DNA of 64,000 nt from a virus. Shown here in pieces: positions 1 through 9,063 of the stretch. The position numbers were made by a program, and so were the translations under genes. Position 1 is the first letter of the stretch; each line of letters opens with the position of its first letter. A model generated the notes under the pieces. The model was not told where the DNA came from. It ran no database searches and saw only the letters and a list, made by a program, of their open reading frames with translations. The stretch covers positions 9,116-73,115 of the IMG/VR virus record IMGVR_UViG_3300014208_000032. One strand, written 5' to 3'.

Positions 1-1
1 T

Positions 2-406
2 CTAAATAAGACAATTTCTATAAGAACTAATACTAGTAAAATTTCAGAAGACCCTAAAAGAGTTGAATTAAATACAGAAATAATTGCTACTTTTAAAAAC
101 CAATATATTAAATTTAAAGAAAATAATGATTTTCAATTGTGGGGGCCAGAAATGAGCTGGCCTCATACTTCTTTTAAACCATCTAAAAAAGATTTAGAAA
201 ATTTAAATAATCTTGATTTAGAGGATTTAGAACTATTAAATAAAAGCAGTAAGCATCTTTCAGATTACATTTATTTTGAGTTAGAAAGTAAAAGATTTAT
301 AGGTTCAGATGGTTATTTTACACCAACATTAAGCTTGTTTAGTAAATCAAAAGTTCAGTTCAATAAATTATACAGATTTTACTTGGATGCAAATGGTTTA
401 CTATAA
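2..406 (+). CDS. hypothetical protein, 5'-truncated by window edge
   Basis: Frame of ORF 137..406 stays open back to position 2. Confidence 0.55.
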   Translation, partial: LNKTISIRTNTSKISEDPKRVELNTEIIATFKNQYIKFKENNDFQLWGPEMSWPHTSFKPSKKDLENLNNLDLEDLELLNKSSKHLSDYIYFELESKRFIGSDGYFTPTLSLFSKSKVQFNKLYRFYLDANGLL

Positions 407-411
407 AAAAA

Positions 412-433
412 TACCTCCCCAGAAGGGGAGGTA
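412..433 (-). terminator. intrinsic terminator after vertex capsid gene
   Basis: Stem TACCTCCCC/GGGGAGGTA, T7 tract on minus strand. Confidence 0.8.
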
Positions 434-455
434 AAAAACAGTAGTTTTTTAATTT

Positions 456-1886
456 TTAAAACAAATCAGTTCCAGCTCCAGTTACAGTGATTACACCATA
501 TTGTTTCTGACCTGCATAATCAGAAGTTCCTGTGATTGTTTTACTTTCAAGAAACTCAAGAGCATACCTTGCAAAAATTCCCTGGTTTAAGTTCAAGTTA
601 CTTACATCTGTTGCACTATAAACATTAAAAGAATAAGGAGCAAAAATTAATCCAGGCATAAATTTACTTCCTTCTGATGGAGTAAACCCACAGATTATTT
701 TATCTTCCGTTTCAACTGGATTGATAAATACTTTAATAAACTTGTTAATAATACCGATCTTTTGAATTACAGAATAATACTCTGTAATTTCTCCTTCAAA
801 TTTTTCCATTAAAATAACTGCTTGCATAAATTTTGGTGGAATAACAATGAAGTTTCCAATTCCACACCTAGCAGCAGAACCTATTGTTGTCAACATTTTT
901 ATAATTGTTGTATAAAGTTCATTTGCTGGGTTGTTAATATATTGCATTGTCGTCCAATCTCTCCAAGCAATAGTATCAGTATGAATGTTTGTTGCGTTTT
1001 TAATTTTATCAATTACATCCTGTTCAATTTCATAGTTTAAAAGAGAGCCAACAACAGCAGAAAGTTCTGGAACTGATTCTTCTTTTGTTACAGCAGTAAA
1101 ATCATCAATCAGTTCTTTTGTTAGTTCAACCTTCATTTTTTTAGATTTTACTTGATAAGCTCGTCCAATAAGTTTTGGGGTAACATTAACAATTTCAGTT
1201 CCATCATAAGATGTGTATGTCAAAACGCCATAATTTGCCTTGTTTATGTTAGACACATCCGTTGCTCCATAAGAAGCAATCACTGAAACTTTTCCTGGTT
1301 TTGAGACAGCAAAAGTGATAATAAGATTTGTATCATCGTAAGTAATTACTAATCCGTTTAATACAATTCCACTATAAGTATACCCGAGAGCAACAAGAGT
1401 TGCTTTTGTGTTTGTATAAACATTTGCACCAGTTCCGGCAGCTACTTTAACAAAAACTCCTGATATTGTTTTTGTTAAGTCATCAACTCCGGTATACGCA
1501 ACACTAAAAGTTGTGTTAGCACCAGCCCCATCATCAACGGTAACAGGGGTGATTGCCGCACTGTAATCCAAGGTTAGATTTGTTGCCACACCTTTTAAAG
1601 AATAATTTGTGTCACCAGTTTCAGATCCAACACCAATTATTCTTTTGGGGCCAGTTTGTTGTTCTGTACCTAATCCGTAAAAAACACCAGAAGGTGATTC
1701 AATTTTTCTAACTGATGCGATTTCTGGTAGAAAAGCGTTTTCGAGAGTTACTTTGATAATTCCACCAAGTAAATCTTTTACACCTTGCTGCCCATTATCA
1801 AAATATGTTGGTGCTTCATTAAGCACTTGTTCTCTAATTGAGTTTTCAATTAAATAGTCAAAATTTTTTTTCATTTCAATCTCCAT
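456..1886 (-). CDS. gp24-like capsid vertex protein / second gp23 paralogue (probable start 1874)
   Basis: gp23-family motifs (KSKKMKVELTKELIDDF, EIEQDVI, GLIFAPY, FARYA); N-terminal VLNE|A processing site; GGAG before ATG 1874. Confidence 0.8.
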   Translation of the reverse strand: MEIEMKKNFDYLIENSIREQVLNEAPTYFDNGQQGVKDLLGGIIKVTLENAFLPEIASVRKIESPSGVFYGLGTEQQTGPKRIIGVGSETGDTNYSLKGVATNLTLDYSAAITPVTVDDGAGANTTFSVAYTGVDDLTKTISGVFVKVAAGTGANVYTNTKATLVALGYTYSGIVLNGLVITYDDTNLIITFAVSKPGKVSVIASYGATDVSNINKANYGVLTYTSYDGTEIVNVTPKLIGRAYQVKSKKMKVELTKELIDDFTAVTKEESVPELSAVVGSLLNYEIEQDVIDKIKNATNIHTDTIAWRDWTTMQYINNPANELYTTIIKMLTTIGSAARCGIGNFIVIPPKFMQAVILMEKFEGEITEYYSVIQKIGIINKFIKVFINPVETEDKIICGFTPSEGSKFMPGLIFAPYSFNVYSATDVSNLNLNQGIFARYALEFLESKTITGTSDYAGQKQYGVITVTGAGTDLF

Positions 1887-1977
1887 TGTTAATTATAAAA
1901 ACAGTATATTATTAACTTGACTTTAATTCAAAAAACAAACTTTAAAAGACGTAAATATAATATACGGGGCATAAACA

Positions 1978-3714
1978 ATGACAATAAATAAAGTTCTTGA
2001 TAATAAAAAAAATGAAGTAAATATAAATGAAATTATTGTAAATAACGATTTTACAAATACAATAAAAACAAAATATGAAATATTTTATAATTGTTTTCAA
2101 TGTGGGAGGGAAACACATAAAACAGCATATAAATTTGCAAAGCCATTAAATGAAAATTCATTTATTTGTCAAAAATGTTCTGTTATTAATTTTAGAAAAG
2201 AAAACAAAGAAGTAATAAATCAAAAAAGAAAAGAAACTGTATTAGAAAAATACGGAGTAGAAAATGTTGGCTTTTTAACAAAAAATCACTCAACAAAAAG
2301 TACAGAGACAAGAGAAAAAATGAAAGCAACTTGCTTAGAAAAATACGGAGTAGAGTTTCCTTTTCAATCAAAAGAACTAAGAGATAAAAGAAAAATAACT
2401 TTTATGAAAAAATATGGTGCAGATCATCCACTAAAAAATGAGGATGTTATAAAAAAAATAAAAGAAACAAACCTACTTAAATATGGGAAAGAAACAAATT
2501 TACAAAACGATGATGTTATTGATAAAATAAAAAAATCTAATTTAGAAAACTACGGAACGGTTTATGCTTTTCATTCACCAGAAGTTATAAAAAAAATAAA
2601 AGAAGAAAATATAAAAAATTTTGGGCACGAATATCCATTTCAACTAAAAGAAAATAGAGATAAAGCAAAAAACATTATATATAAACAACTAAAAATATTT
2701 CAACAAGATGATGTTGTGCCACTTTTTACCCAAGAAGAATATAAAGGGACTAAAAAAAACGAATATAATTTTTCTTGTAAAAATTGTCAAACTGTTTTTG
2801 TTTCTAAAATAGAAAATGGTAAAATACCAATTTGTCCAACTTGTTATCCACATTTTTCAGGAATATCTAAAAAAGAAAAAGAGTTATTTAAAATAATAAA
2901 AACATTAACATTAGAAAACGTTATTGGAAATTATAATGATGGAAAATTTGAGATTGATATTTTCATACCTGGTTTAATGCTGGGTTTTGAATTTGATGGT
3001 TTGTATTGGCATAGTACTGAATATAAAACTAGTAATTATCATATAAATAAAACTAATTATTTTTTAGAAAAAGGAATAAAAATAATTCACATATTTGAAG
3101 ACGAGTATGATAATAATAGAGATGTTTTAATATCAATGATAAAAAATAAATTAAATTCTCCTGATAAAACAATATATGGTAGAAAATGTTTTGTAAAAGA
3201 AATAACAACAGAAGAAGCAATTGTTTTTATAAACAATTCTCACATACAGGGATATACAAATTCTTCTGTTAAATTGGGTTTATTTTTTGAGAGTGAGTTG
3301 GTTTCTGTTATGACTTTTGGTAGATCAAGATATTCCATAAAATTTCAATGGGAATTAATAAGATTTTGTAATAAAACTGGGTACAAAGTAATTGGTGGGG
3401 CTGGAAAATTATTTAAATACTTTATAAATTATTTTAATCCGGAAAATATAGTAAGTTATTGCGACCTAAGATATTTCGATGGTGTTATGTATGAAAAAAT
3501 AGGAATGAATTTTTCACACACATCCAATCCAAATTATTTTTATTTTCACAAAAGTAATCTTAAAAGGTTTTCAAGAGTTAATTTTCAAAAATACAGATTA
3601 AAAAATATGTTTGAAAATTATGACGAAAAATTAACAGAAGAAGAAATAATGAGAAGTAACGGATATTTCAAAATATTTGATTGTGGAAATAAAGTGTTTA
3701 CTTGGAATAAATGA
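1978..3714 (+). CDS. Hef-like homing endonuclease (KYG repeats, Zn ribbon, Vsr/DUF559-like nuclease, C-terminal GNAT-like domain)
   Basis: Repeated EKYGVENV/KKYGADHP units; CxxC pairs; EIDIFI...FEFDGLYWH...IHIFEDE; WELIRFC...SYCDLRY. Confidence 0.75.
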   Translation: MTINKVLDNKKNEVNINEIIVNNDFTNTIKTKYEIFYNCFQCGRETHKTAYKFAKPLNENSFICQKCSVINFRKENKEVINQKRKETVLEKYGVENVGFLTKNHSTKSTETREKMKATCLEKYGVEFPFQSKELRDKRKITFMKKYGADHPLKNEDVIKKIKETNLLKYGKETNLQNDDVIDKIKKSNLENYGTVYAFHSPEVIKKIKEENIKNFGHEYPFQLKENRDKAKNIIYKQLKIFQQDDVVPLFTQEEYKGTKKNEYNFSCKNCQTVFVSKIENGKIPICPTCYPHFSGISKKEKELFKIIKTLTLENVIGNYNDGKFEIDIFIPGLMLGFEFDGLYWHSTEYKTSNYHINKTNYFLEKGIKIIHIFEDEYDNNRDVLISMIKNKLNSPDKTIYGRKCFVKEITTEEAIVFINNSHIQGYTNSSVKLGLFFESELVSVMTFGRSRYSIKFQWELIRFCNKTGYKVIGGAGKLFKYFINYFNPENIVSYCDLRYFDGVMYEKIGMNFSHTSNPNYFYFHKSNLKRFSRVNFQKYRLKNMFENYDEKLTEEEIMRSNGYFKIFDCGNKVFTWNK

Positions 3715-3788
3715 ATTTGGTTTTTTCTAATGTTATGTCATATATAATGTATAGAAGTTAAACATAAATTTTCTATAAGGGTAATTAT

Positions 3789-5483
3789 ATGAACAAAATA
3801 ATAAAAGTTGTTGACAGAAAAAGAGTAGAAAAAATTATAGATAATAAATCTGATAGTGAGATTTTTGAACAATGTTCTACTCACGATATAATATATTTTA
3901 TTTGTAATGTTTGTAATTTTGTGGGGAACAGAATTAAATCAAAATTTATAGAAGACGATTTTGTTTGCAAAAAATGTAAACTATCTTCAATATCAAAAGA
4001 GGAAAGAAAAAGAAGATTAAAATTAAATCAAGAAAAACAAAGGAAAAAATTTGATGGGCTTCTATATTTTCAGACAGAAGAGTTTAAAAAGAAATCAGAG
4101 GCAACAAGCTTAAAAAAATATGGCCATTCTAGTCCAAATTCTTCAGATGAAATAAAAGAAAAAAAAATATTATCTTATATTGAAAAATATGGCGTGGATA
4201 ATCCAATGAAACTGAAAGACATCTCAGATAAATTAAGAAAACCAAAAAAAAATAAACCAATAATTTCAAAAGAAGAAACTGAACAGAAAAGAATATTTAC
4301 TAATTTAAAAAATAGGGGTGTAAAATATTCCGGGCAAGATCCAATAGTAATAGAAAAAATTAAAAAAACAAACTTCCGCAACCATGAAGGAAAATACTTT
4401 TTTCAGACAGAGAAATTTATTTTAGAAAATAAAACAAGAAATTTGAATAAACAATATGATATTTTAAAAACAGAAAAATCAGGTTTTTCCCCTCTGTTTA
4501 CAAAAGAAGAATACAATGGAACTATTGGGTTTAAATATCCGTGGAGATGTTTGGAGTGTTCTAGTGAGTTTATTTCTTCTTTTGTTAATGGAATACCACC
4601 AAGGTGCCCAAAATGTTCTCCTGTTATAAAAAGTTATTCCCAGGCAGAAAAAGATATCAGAGTGTTTATTAGCGACGAATTAAGAGTTTTAACATCAAAA
4701 ATAAGACCAGAAAATGTTTTTGAGATTGATATATTTTGTAATGATTATAGTATTGGGTTTGAATATGATGGGTTATATTATCATTCTACAGACAAAATAG
4801 GGAAGGATTATCATCTAAACAAAACTAATTTTTTTAAAGAAAGGGGAATAAGCGTCTATCATATTTTTGAAGATGAATGGTTAAATAAAAAAGAAATAGT
4901 AAAATCAATCATAAAAACAAAATTAAATAAATTCGATAAAACATTTTATGGTAGAAAATGCACAATAAAAGAAATTAATTATAATGTTGCAAAAAGCTTT
5001 GTAGACGAAAATCATATTCAGGGTTATTCCAATTCTTGTATGAGGGTTGGGTTATTTTTTGAGGAAGAGTTGATTTCTGTTATGACTTTTGGAAAATCAA
5101 GATTTGATAAAAAATATGAATGGGAATTAATAAGGTTTTGCAACAAATTAGGATATAAAGTGGTTGGTGGGGCTGGAAAGTTGTTTAATTATTTTAAAAA
5201 TGAATATAATCCATCTAATATAATTAGTTATTGTGATTTAAGATATTTTGATGGCATTATGTATGAAAAAATAGGTATGAAATTTTCTCATATTTCTTCT
5301 CCAAATTATTTTTATTTTTTAAACAATAAAATAAGATTTTCAAGAAATAGATTTCAAAAACATAAATTAAAAAATATTTTAGAAACATTTGACGAAAACA
5401 AAACAGAAACAGAAAATATGTTGGATAATAAATATTTACAAATACACGACTGCGGAAACAAAGTATTTGTTTGGAATAAATAA
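3789..5483 (+). CDS. Hef-like homing endonuclease, paralogue of 1978..3714
   Basis: Same architecture; near-identical C-terminal ~190 aa ending DCGNKVFxWNK. Confidence 0.75.
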   Translation: MNKIIKVVDRKRVEKIIDNKSDSEIFEQCSTHDIIYFICNVCNFVGNRIKSKFIEDDFVCKKCKLSSISKEERKRRLKLNQEKQRKKFDGLLYFQTEEFKKKSEATSLKKYGHSSPNSSDEIKEKKILSYIEKYGVDNPMKLKDISDKLRKPKKNKPIISKEETEQKRIFTNLKNRGVKYSGQDPIVIEKIKKTNFRNHEGKYFFQTEKFILENKTRNLNKQYDILKTEKSGFSPLFTKEEYNGTIGFKYPWRCLECSSEFISSFVNGIPPRCPKCSPVIKSYSQAEKDIRVFISDELRVLTSKIRPENVFEIDIFCNDYSIGFEYDGLYYHSTDKIGKDYHLNKTNFFKERGISVYHIFEDEWLNKKEIVKSIIKTKLNKFDKTFYGRKCTIKEINYNVAKSFVDENHIQGYSNSCMRVGLFFEEELISVMTFGKSRFDKKYEWELIRFCNKLGYKVVGGAGKLFNYFKNEYNPSNIISYCDLRYFDGIMYEKIGMKFSHISSPNYFYFLNNKIRFSRNRFQKHKLKNILETFDENKTETENMLDNKYLQIHDCGNKVFVWNK

Positions 5484-5484
5484 A

Positions 5485-5508
5485 AAACCCACTCTTTCAA
5501 GTGGGTTT
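5485..5508. terminator. intrinsic terminator between convergent genes
   Basis: AAACCCACT/AGTGGGTTT stem. Confidence 0.7.
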
Positions 5509-5527
5509 AATTAAATCACATTAACTA

Positions 5528-7222
5528 TTAAAGAAAGTTCAAGTTAGCAATCTTCAAGCGGGAATAGTAATATTGTCCCCTGCGGATCTTGTGAATTCCG
5601 TATCGAGAGAAGAACCCTCGAATACTATCAAAGTTCTGAGGATTGGTAACCGTATCACTCATCCACTGAATATAAGGAGCGTAAACAACACCGGCACCAT
5701 ATTCAGAAGTATTGGATTTGTATCCCATAAGGATTTCATCAGCACGACCAGAAGGTCTGTTGATATCGCAATAAATCTGCATAGAACCGTTATTCAATTC
5801 ACCAAGTTCCTGAATTTTCATGCTGTTGTTTGTGAAAATATCACCTTCAAAGCCAGGAAGTTGACGAAGCACTGCGCCCATCTGAGGACCAACAACTGCC
5901 CAAGAAGGAACGCCCAATCGGTTATACTGGGCAGAAAGAGCACCAAGTTCAAACATCTTCTGAGAAAGCAACCGATGTCGATCCAAGAAGTTTCCAGAGG
6001 TTCCCTGGATTGTGTCCACGTTATTACTAACAAGAGCTGTGGTAAAGTCAGGGGCGAGAGTTCCTGGGACAGAAGTTCCTGGAACAGAAAGTGGATCATT
6101 ACCCCAAACATGCAATTTATCCAACTGAGAAGGAACGATATTTTCGATAAAGTCAAGCACCTCTCTGTCTGTTTCGTATGCTTGTTCCATAGAAGCGATT
6201 TTCACAAGTTCGGACTCTACGTCAATCTTGTGGTATCTCTGCATATCCTGTTCAGATTCTTTTGTCCATCTGATTTTAAGTTTTCTTTCTTGTGTTTCAA
6301 CATTCTCAGATTCAACACTGAATTCCATCTCAGGCATATAAGCAGTAGATTCCTGTTCATAGTGCCAGAATATCATAATCTTTTTTAGACCATAAAGGCT
6401 ACCAGCGTTTCCAGTTGTGGAAATATCCACTTCACCAGCAGCTCCACCACTAACAAACTGAAGCAAAGCTTCAACAGTAGGAACCCTAGATCCATTAATA
6501 TAAGCAGTAAACCCTTTTCCACCAGCTCTTACACCAGCACTATCAAAACCCTTGTGTGCCCAATCGGTATATTTAACCAAAAAGTCCTCAGATTTTGCTT
6601 CAGCGTCAGCACCAGCCAAAAGACTAAACTCATCAAAGAAAGGAATAATTTTTCCGTGAACATCAGTAACGAGAGTAGCACCAGTAAGTGCGCCGTTAGC
6701 ATCGGTTGTTCCAACGAAAGGTCCAAACTTGTGGTTGCTGTAATAGCTAGGAACAGCAGTGGTGTTTCCATCTCCATCAAGATCAAGGTTAGCACCAGTA
6801 TATTTCTGGCCAGCAGTGTGCCCATTCTTGGAATTGGAATATTTGTAGTCGATGTAATAAACAACACCAGTTCTAGCATCAATTGGCTGAGTAGAAACAA
6901 GTTTGTTAGTGAAGAGATTAGGCATCACCCTTCTGATGATTGGGAAAAGAACTCTTGGGATTACCTGAGATTTATCAAAGGTGCTATAAGTAGAAGCAGG
7001 AGCTTCGTTAAGCTGTTCAGTCCCTTCGTTGAGAACATTCTCTTCAAGCCACTTTGATGTAACCTGTCCTTCCTTAACCATGTTGCCATAGGAATTCTCC
7101 AAAAGCATCATTGTATTAAAACGAACACTTTTGTCAGCAATGTCTTCGCAAAGCCACCCCCATCTTGTAGAGAGCACTTCATTATACTGCTCATTAGTCA
7201 TTCTTTCCATTTTTTCCTCCAT
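5528..7222 (-). CDS. major capsid protein, T4 gp23-like (probable start 7210)
   Basis: FPIIRRVMP..VSTQP..TGVVYY, RKLKIRWTKESEQD, ETDREV, AGVVYAPY, RGFFSRYG; QLNE|A cleavage site; GGAGG before ATG 7210. Confidence 0.95.
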   Translation of the reverse strand: MEEKMERMTNEQYNEVLSTRWGWLCEDIADKSVRFNTMMLLENSYGNMVKEGQVTSKWLEENVLNEGTEQLNEAPASTYSTFDKSQVIPRVLFPIIRRVMPNLFTNKLVSTQPIDARTGVVYYIDYKYSNSKNGHTAGQKYTGANLDLDGDGNTTAVPSYYSNHKFGPFVGTTDANGALTGATLVTDVHGKIIPFFDEFSLLAGADAEAKSEDFLVKYTDWAHKGFDSAGVRAGGKGFTAYINGSRVPTVEALLQFVSGGAAGEVDISTTGNAGSLYGLKKIMIFWHYEQESTAYMPEMEFSVESENVETQERKLKIRWTKESEQDMQRYHKIDVESELVKIASMEQAYETDREVLDFIENIVPSQLDKLHVWGNDPLSVPGTSVPGTLAPDFTTALVSNNVDTIQGTSGNFLDRHRLLSQKMFELGALSAQYNRLGVPSWAVVGPQMGAVLRQLPGFEGDIFTNNSMKIQELGELNNGSMQIYCDINRPSGRADEILMGYKSNTSEYGAGVVYAPYIQWMSDTVTNPQNFDSIRGFFSRYGIHKIRRGQYYYSRLKIANLNFL

Positions 7223-7320
7223 TTAGGTTTTTATATATATTAGAAAATCTTAAATTACCTTAACCATATCTTGAAAAATGGACTTTTTGGCTCTTTCGGC
7301 GTTATAAGATATAAAAAAAA

Positions 7321-7340
7321 GGAAGTAAATAAATACTTCC
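7321..7340 (-). terminator. intrinsic terminator after scaffold gene
   Basis: GGAAGTA/TACTTCC stem flanked by A/T runs. Confidence 0.7.
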
Positions 7341-7360
7341 TTTTTGTAACAAACTAAAAA

Positions 7361-8245
7361 TTAACCATTAAGGTGGGATTTCATCCTGTCTTTAAGGCGA
7401 TTGACTTTGGCTTTTGGAGCATCTTCTCCAATAACACTTTCTTTTACAACACCCTTACCTTTTTCTTCATCATTCTCGTCGTCTTCATCTTCTTCATCAT
7501 CACTTTCTTTTTCTTCATCATCCTCGTCGTCTTCATCTTCTTCATCATCACTTTCTTCGTCTTCATCATCCTCGTCGTCTTCATCTTCTTTTTTCTTTTT
7601 CTTGTCTTTTGTTTTCTTGCTGTATTTAGTGTTGGTTCCAGTTTTAGAAGTTTCCTCTTCTTCGTCACCTTCACCAACATCCTCAGCACCCTCAGAAAGG
7701 CTTTCGATAATATTATAGAATTGTTCGGTTACTTCTTCGGCACTACCTTCATTAACAAGGGTAATAATAAGTCGCTGAGTTTTTCTATCATAATCAGAAA
7801 GAAGTTTTGCAAGAGTTCTGGCTCCTTCTTCAAGTTGCATTTCTTTCTTAATCTTCAAATTTTCCTCACGAAGAATAGAAATTTCCTCAGAGTAAAGATT
7901 TCCACCATAACTTTCGTTAAGAGTAGGGGCAACAAGTTCTTTAATTTTTTCAAGAATCTGAAGTTCTGGATTAGAAGAAACCATTTCTGAAATAACTTCT
8001 GCTTTAATTTCATCTCTCATTTCATTGAGAGCAAGCATCATTTTGTCAGCAAATTCTTCCTTCAATTCTTCTTGATACTTCACGTTCTCTTCTTCAAGAA
8101 CCTGGATCAATTTCTGTTTTTCGTTATCAAATTCCTCGTTGAGTTCGTTGATAACCTCTTCTTTCCAAGATTTGATGTGCTCACGAATTTGTTCCTCTTC
8201 GTTCAACTCCAATTCTTTATTCAAAGCATCTTCTTTTTTTGTCAT
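7361..8245 (-). CDS. prohead core scaffolding protein (gp22-like)
   Basis: Glu-rich coiled coil with many L-x-E sites and acidic low-complexity tail; lies between protease and MCP. Confidence 0.75.
   Translation of the reverse strand: MTKKEDALNKELELNEEEQIREHIKSWKEEVINELNEEFDNEKQKLIQVLEEENVKYQEELKEEFADKMMLALNEMRDEIKAEVISEMVSSNPELQILEKIKELVAPTLNESYGGNLYSEEISILREENLKIKKEMQLEEGARTLAKLLSDYDRKTQRLIITLVNEGSAEEVTEQFYNIIESLSEGAEDVGEGDEEEETSKTGTNTKYSKKTKDKKKKKEDEDDEDDEDEESDDEEDEDDEDDEEKESDDEEDEDDENDEEKGKGVVKESVIGEDAPKAKVNRLKDRMKSHLNG
7471..7590. repeat. coding tandem repeat (D/E-rich) in scaffold gene
   Basis: Repeated TCGTCGTCTTCATCTTCTTCATCATCACTTTC units. Confidence 0.7.
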
Positions 8246-8259
8246 AGGTATTCCTCCAA

Positions 8260-9063
8260 TTATATGTTCTTAATTACCTTTTCTATATTTTTATTTTTGA
8301 GGTTTTTGCTTATATAAGCAAAAAACATCTTTTGATTATTTTTTCTTAACGTAGAAGTAAATCCAGCTCCAACACCTTGTGATCCAATTCCTAAATAATT
8401 ATTATATTTAGAAGAGACATCTCTATTTAAATTTATCAATACATCAACTAATTTTTCTTTTTCGTTTCCTATTGAAGTGGAAGATTTTATATCTCTTAAC
8501 AAAATTAACATTTTATTAGAATGATAATCAATTACTTTAGAATATTCTTCTAAAACATTATCTTCTTGTGTTTTTCTATTCAACATGTTATCGTTCTTGT
8601 TGGACAATTGTTTAGACATAGAAAAAACATAAAGATCTATTTTGTTTAAAACCAAATTTAAGTAAGATAGTGTATAGGAAACCAAACAAGGGATTTTTAA
8701 TTCTTTAATAGTTTTTGTGTTATTAGTGTCTAAATATCTAAATATAAACCCATAATCATCTTCTATATCTTTTTGAATTTTTTTAATCCCATTTTTAGAA
8801 TTAGAAAAATCTTTTATATTTTTATCAAGATATTCGTTCTTAAACTTTTTGATTTTGAGGGTAGTCCTTTCGACAGATTTTAAAAAATCTTCCAACTTAG
8901 TTGTATCCAAACCTTCTTCTGAACCTCTTCTGATTTTTGAGTCAATGGATTTTATCAAGAAGTTTAAAGTAAGAATACTAATGTTTAGAGTATTTGTATT
9001 TTCTAAATTAATTCCTTCCTCTAATATATTAGAACAAATAAACTTTAAACTTTCTGATAGCAT
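8260..9063 (-). CDS. hypothetical head-module protein
   Basis: 267 aa ORF coupled to protease gene. Confidence 0.6.
   Translation of the reverse strand: MLSESLKFICSNILEEGINLENTNTLNISILTLNFLIKSIDSKIRRGSEEGLDTTKLEDFLKSVERTTLKIKKFKNEYLDKNIKDFSNSKNGIKKIQKDIEDDYGFIFRYLDTNNTKTIKELKIPCLVSYTLSYLNLVLNKIDLYVFSMSKQLSNKNDNMLNRKTQEDNVLEEYSKVIDYHSNKMLILLRDIKSSTSIGNEKEKLVDVLINLNRDVSSKYNNYLGIGSQGVGAGFTSTLRKNNQKMFFAYISKNLKNKNIEKVIKNI

Noticed and set aside
5573-7057. Long antisense and alternate-frame ORFs over the major capsid gene
   Set aside because: Shadow ORFs from biased codon usage of a highly expressed gene; no SD, no protein-like features
7373-7990. Poly-Ser, poly-Phe and K/M-rich ORFs with tandem repeats
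   Set aside because: Other frames of the acidic scaffold repeat; not a CRISPR or ncRNA array
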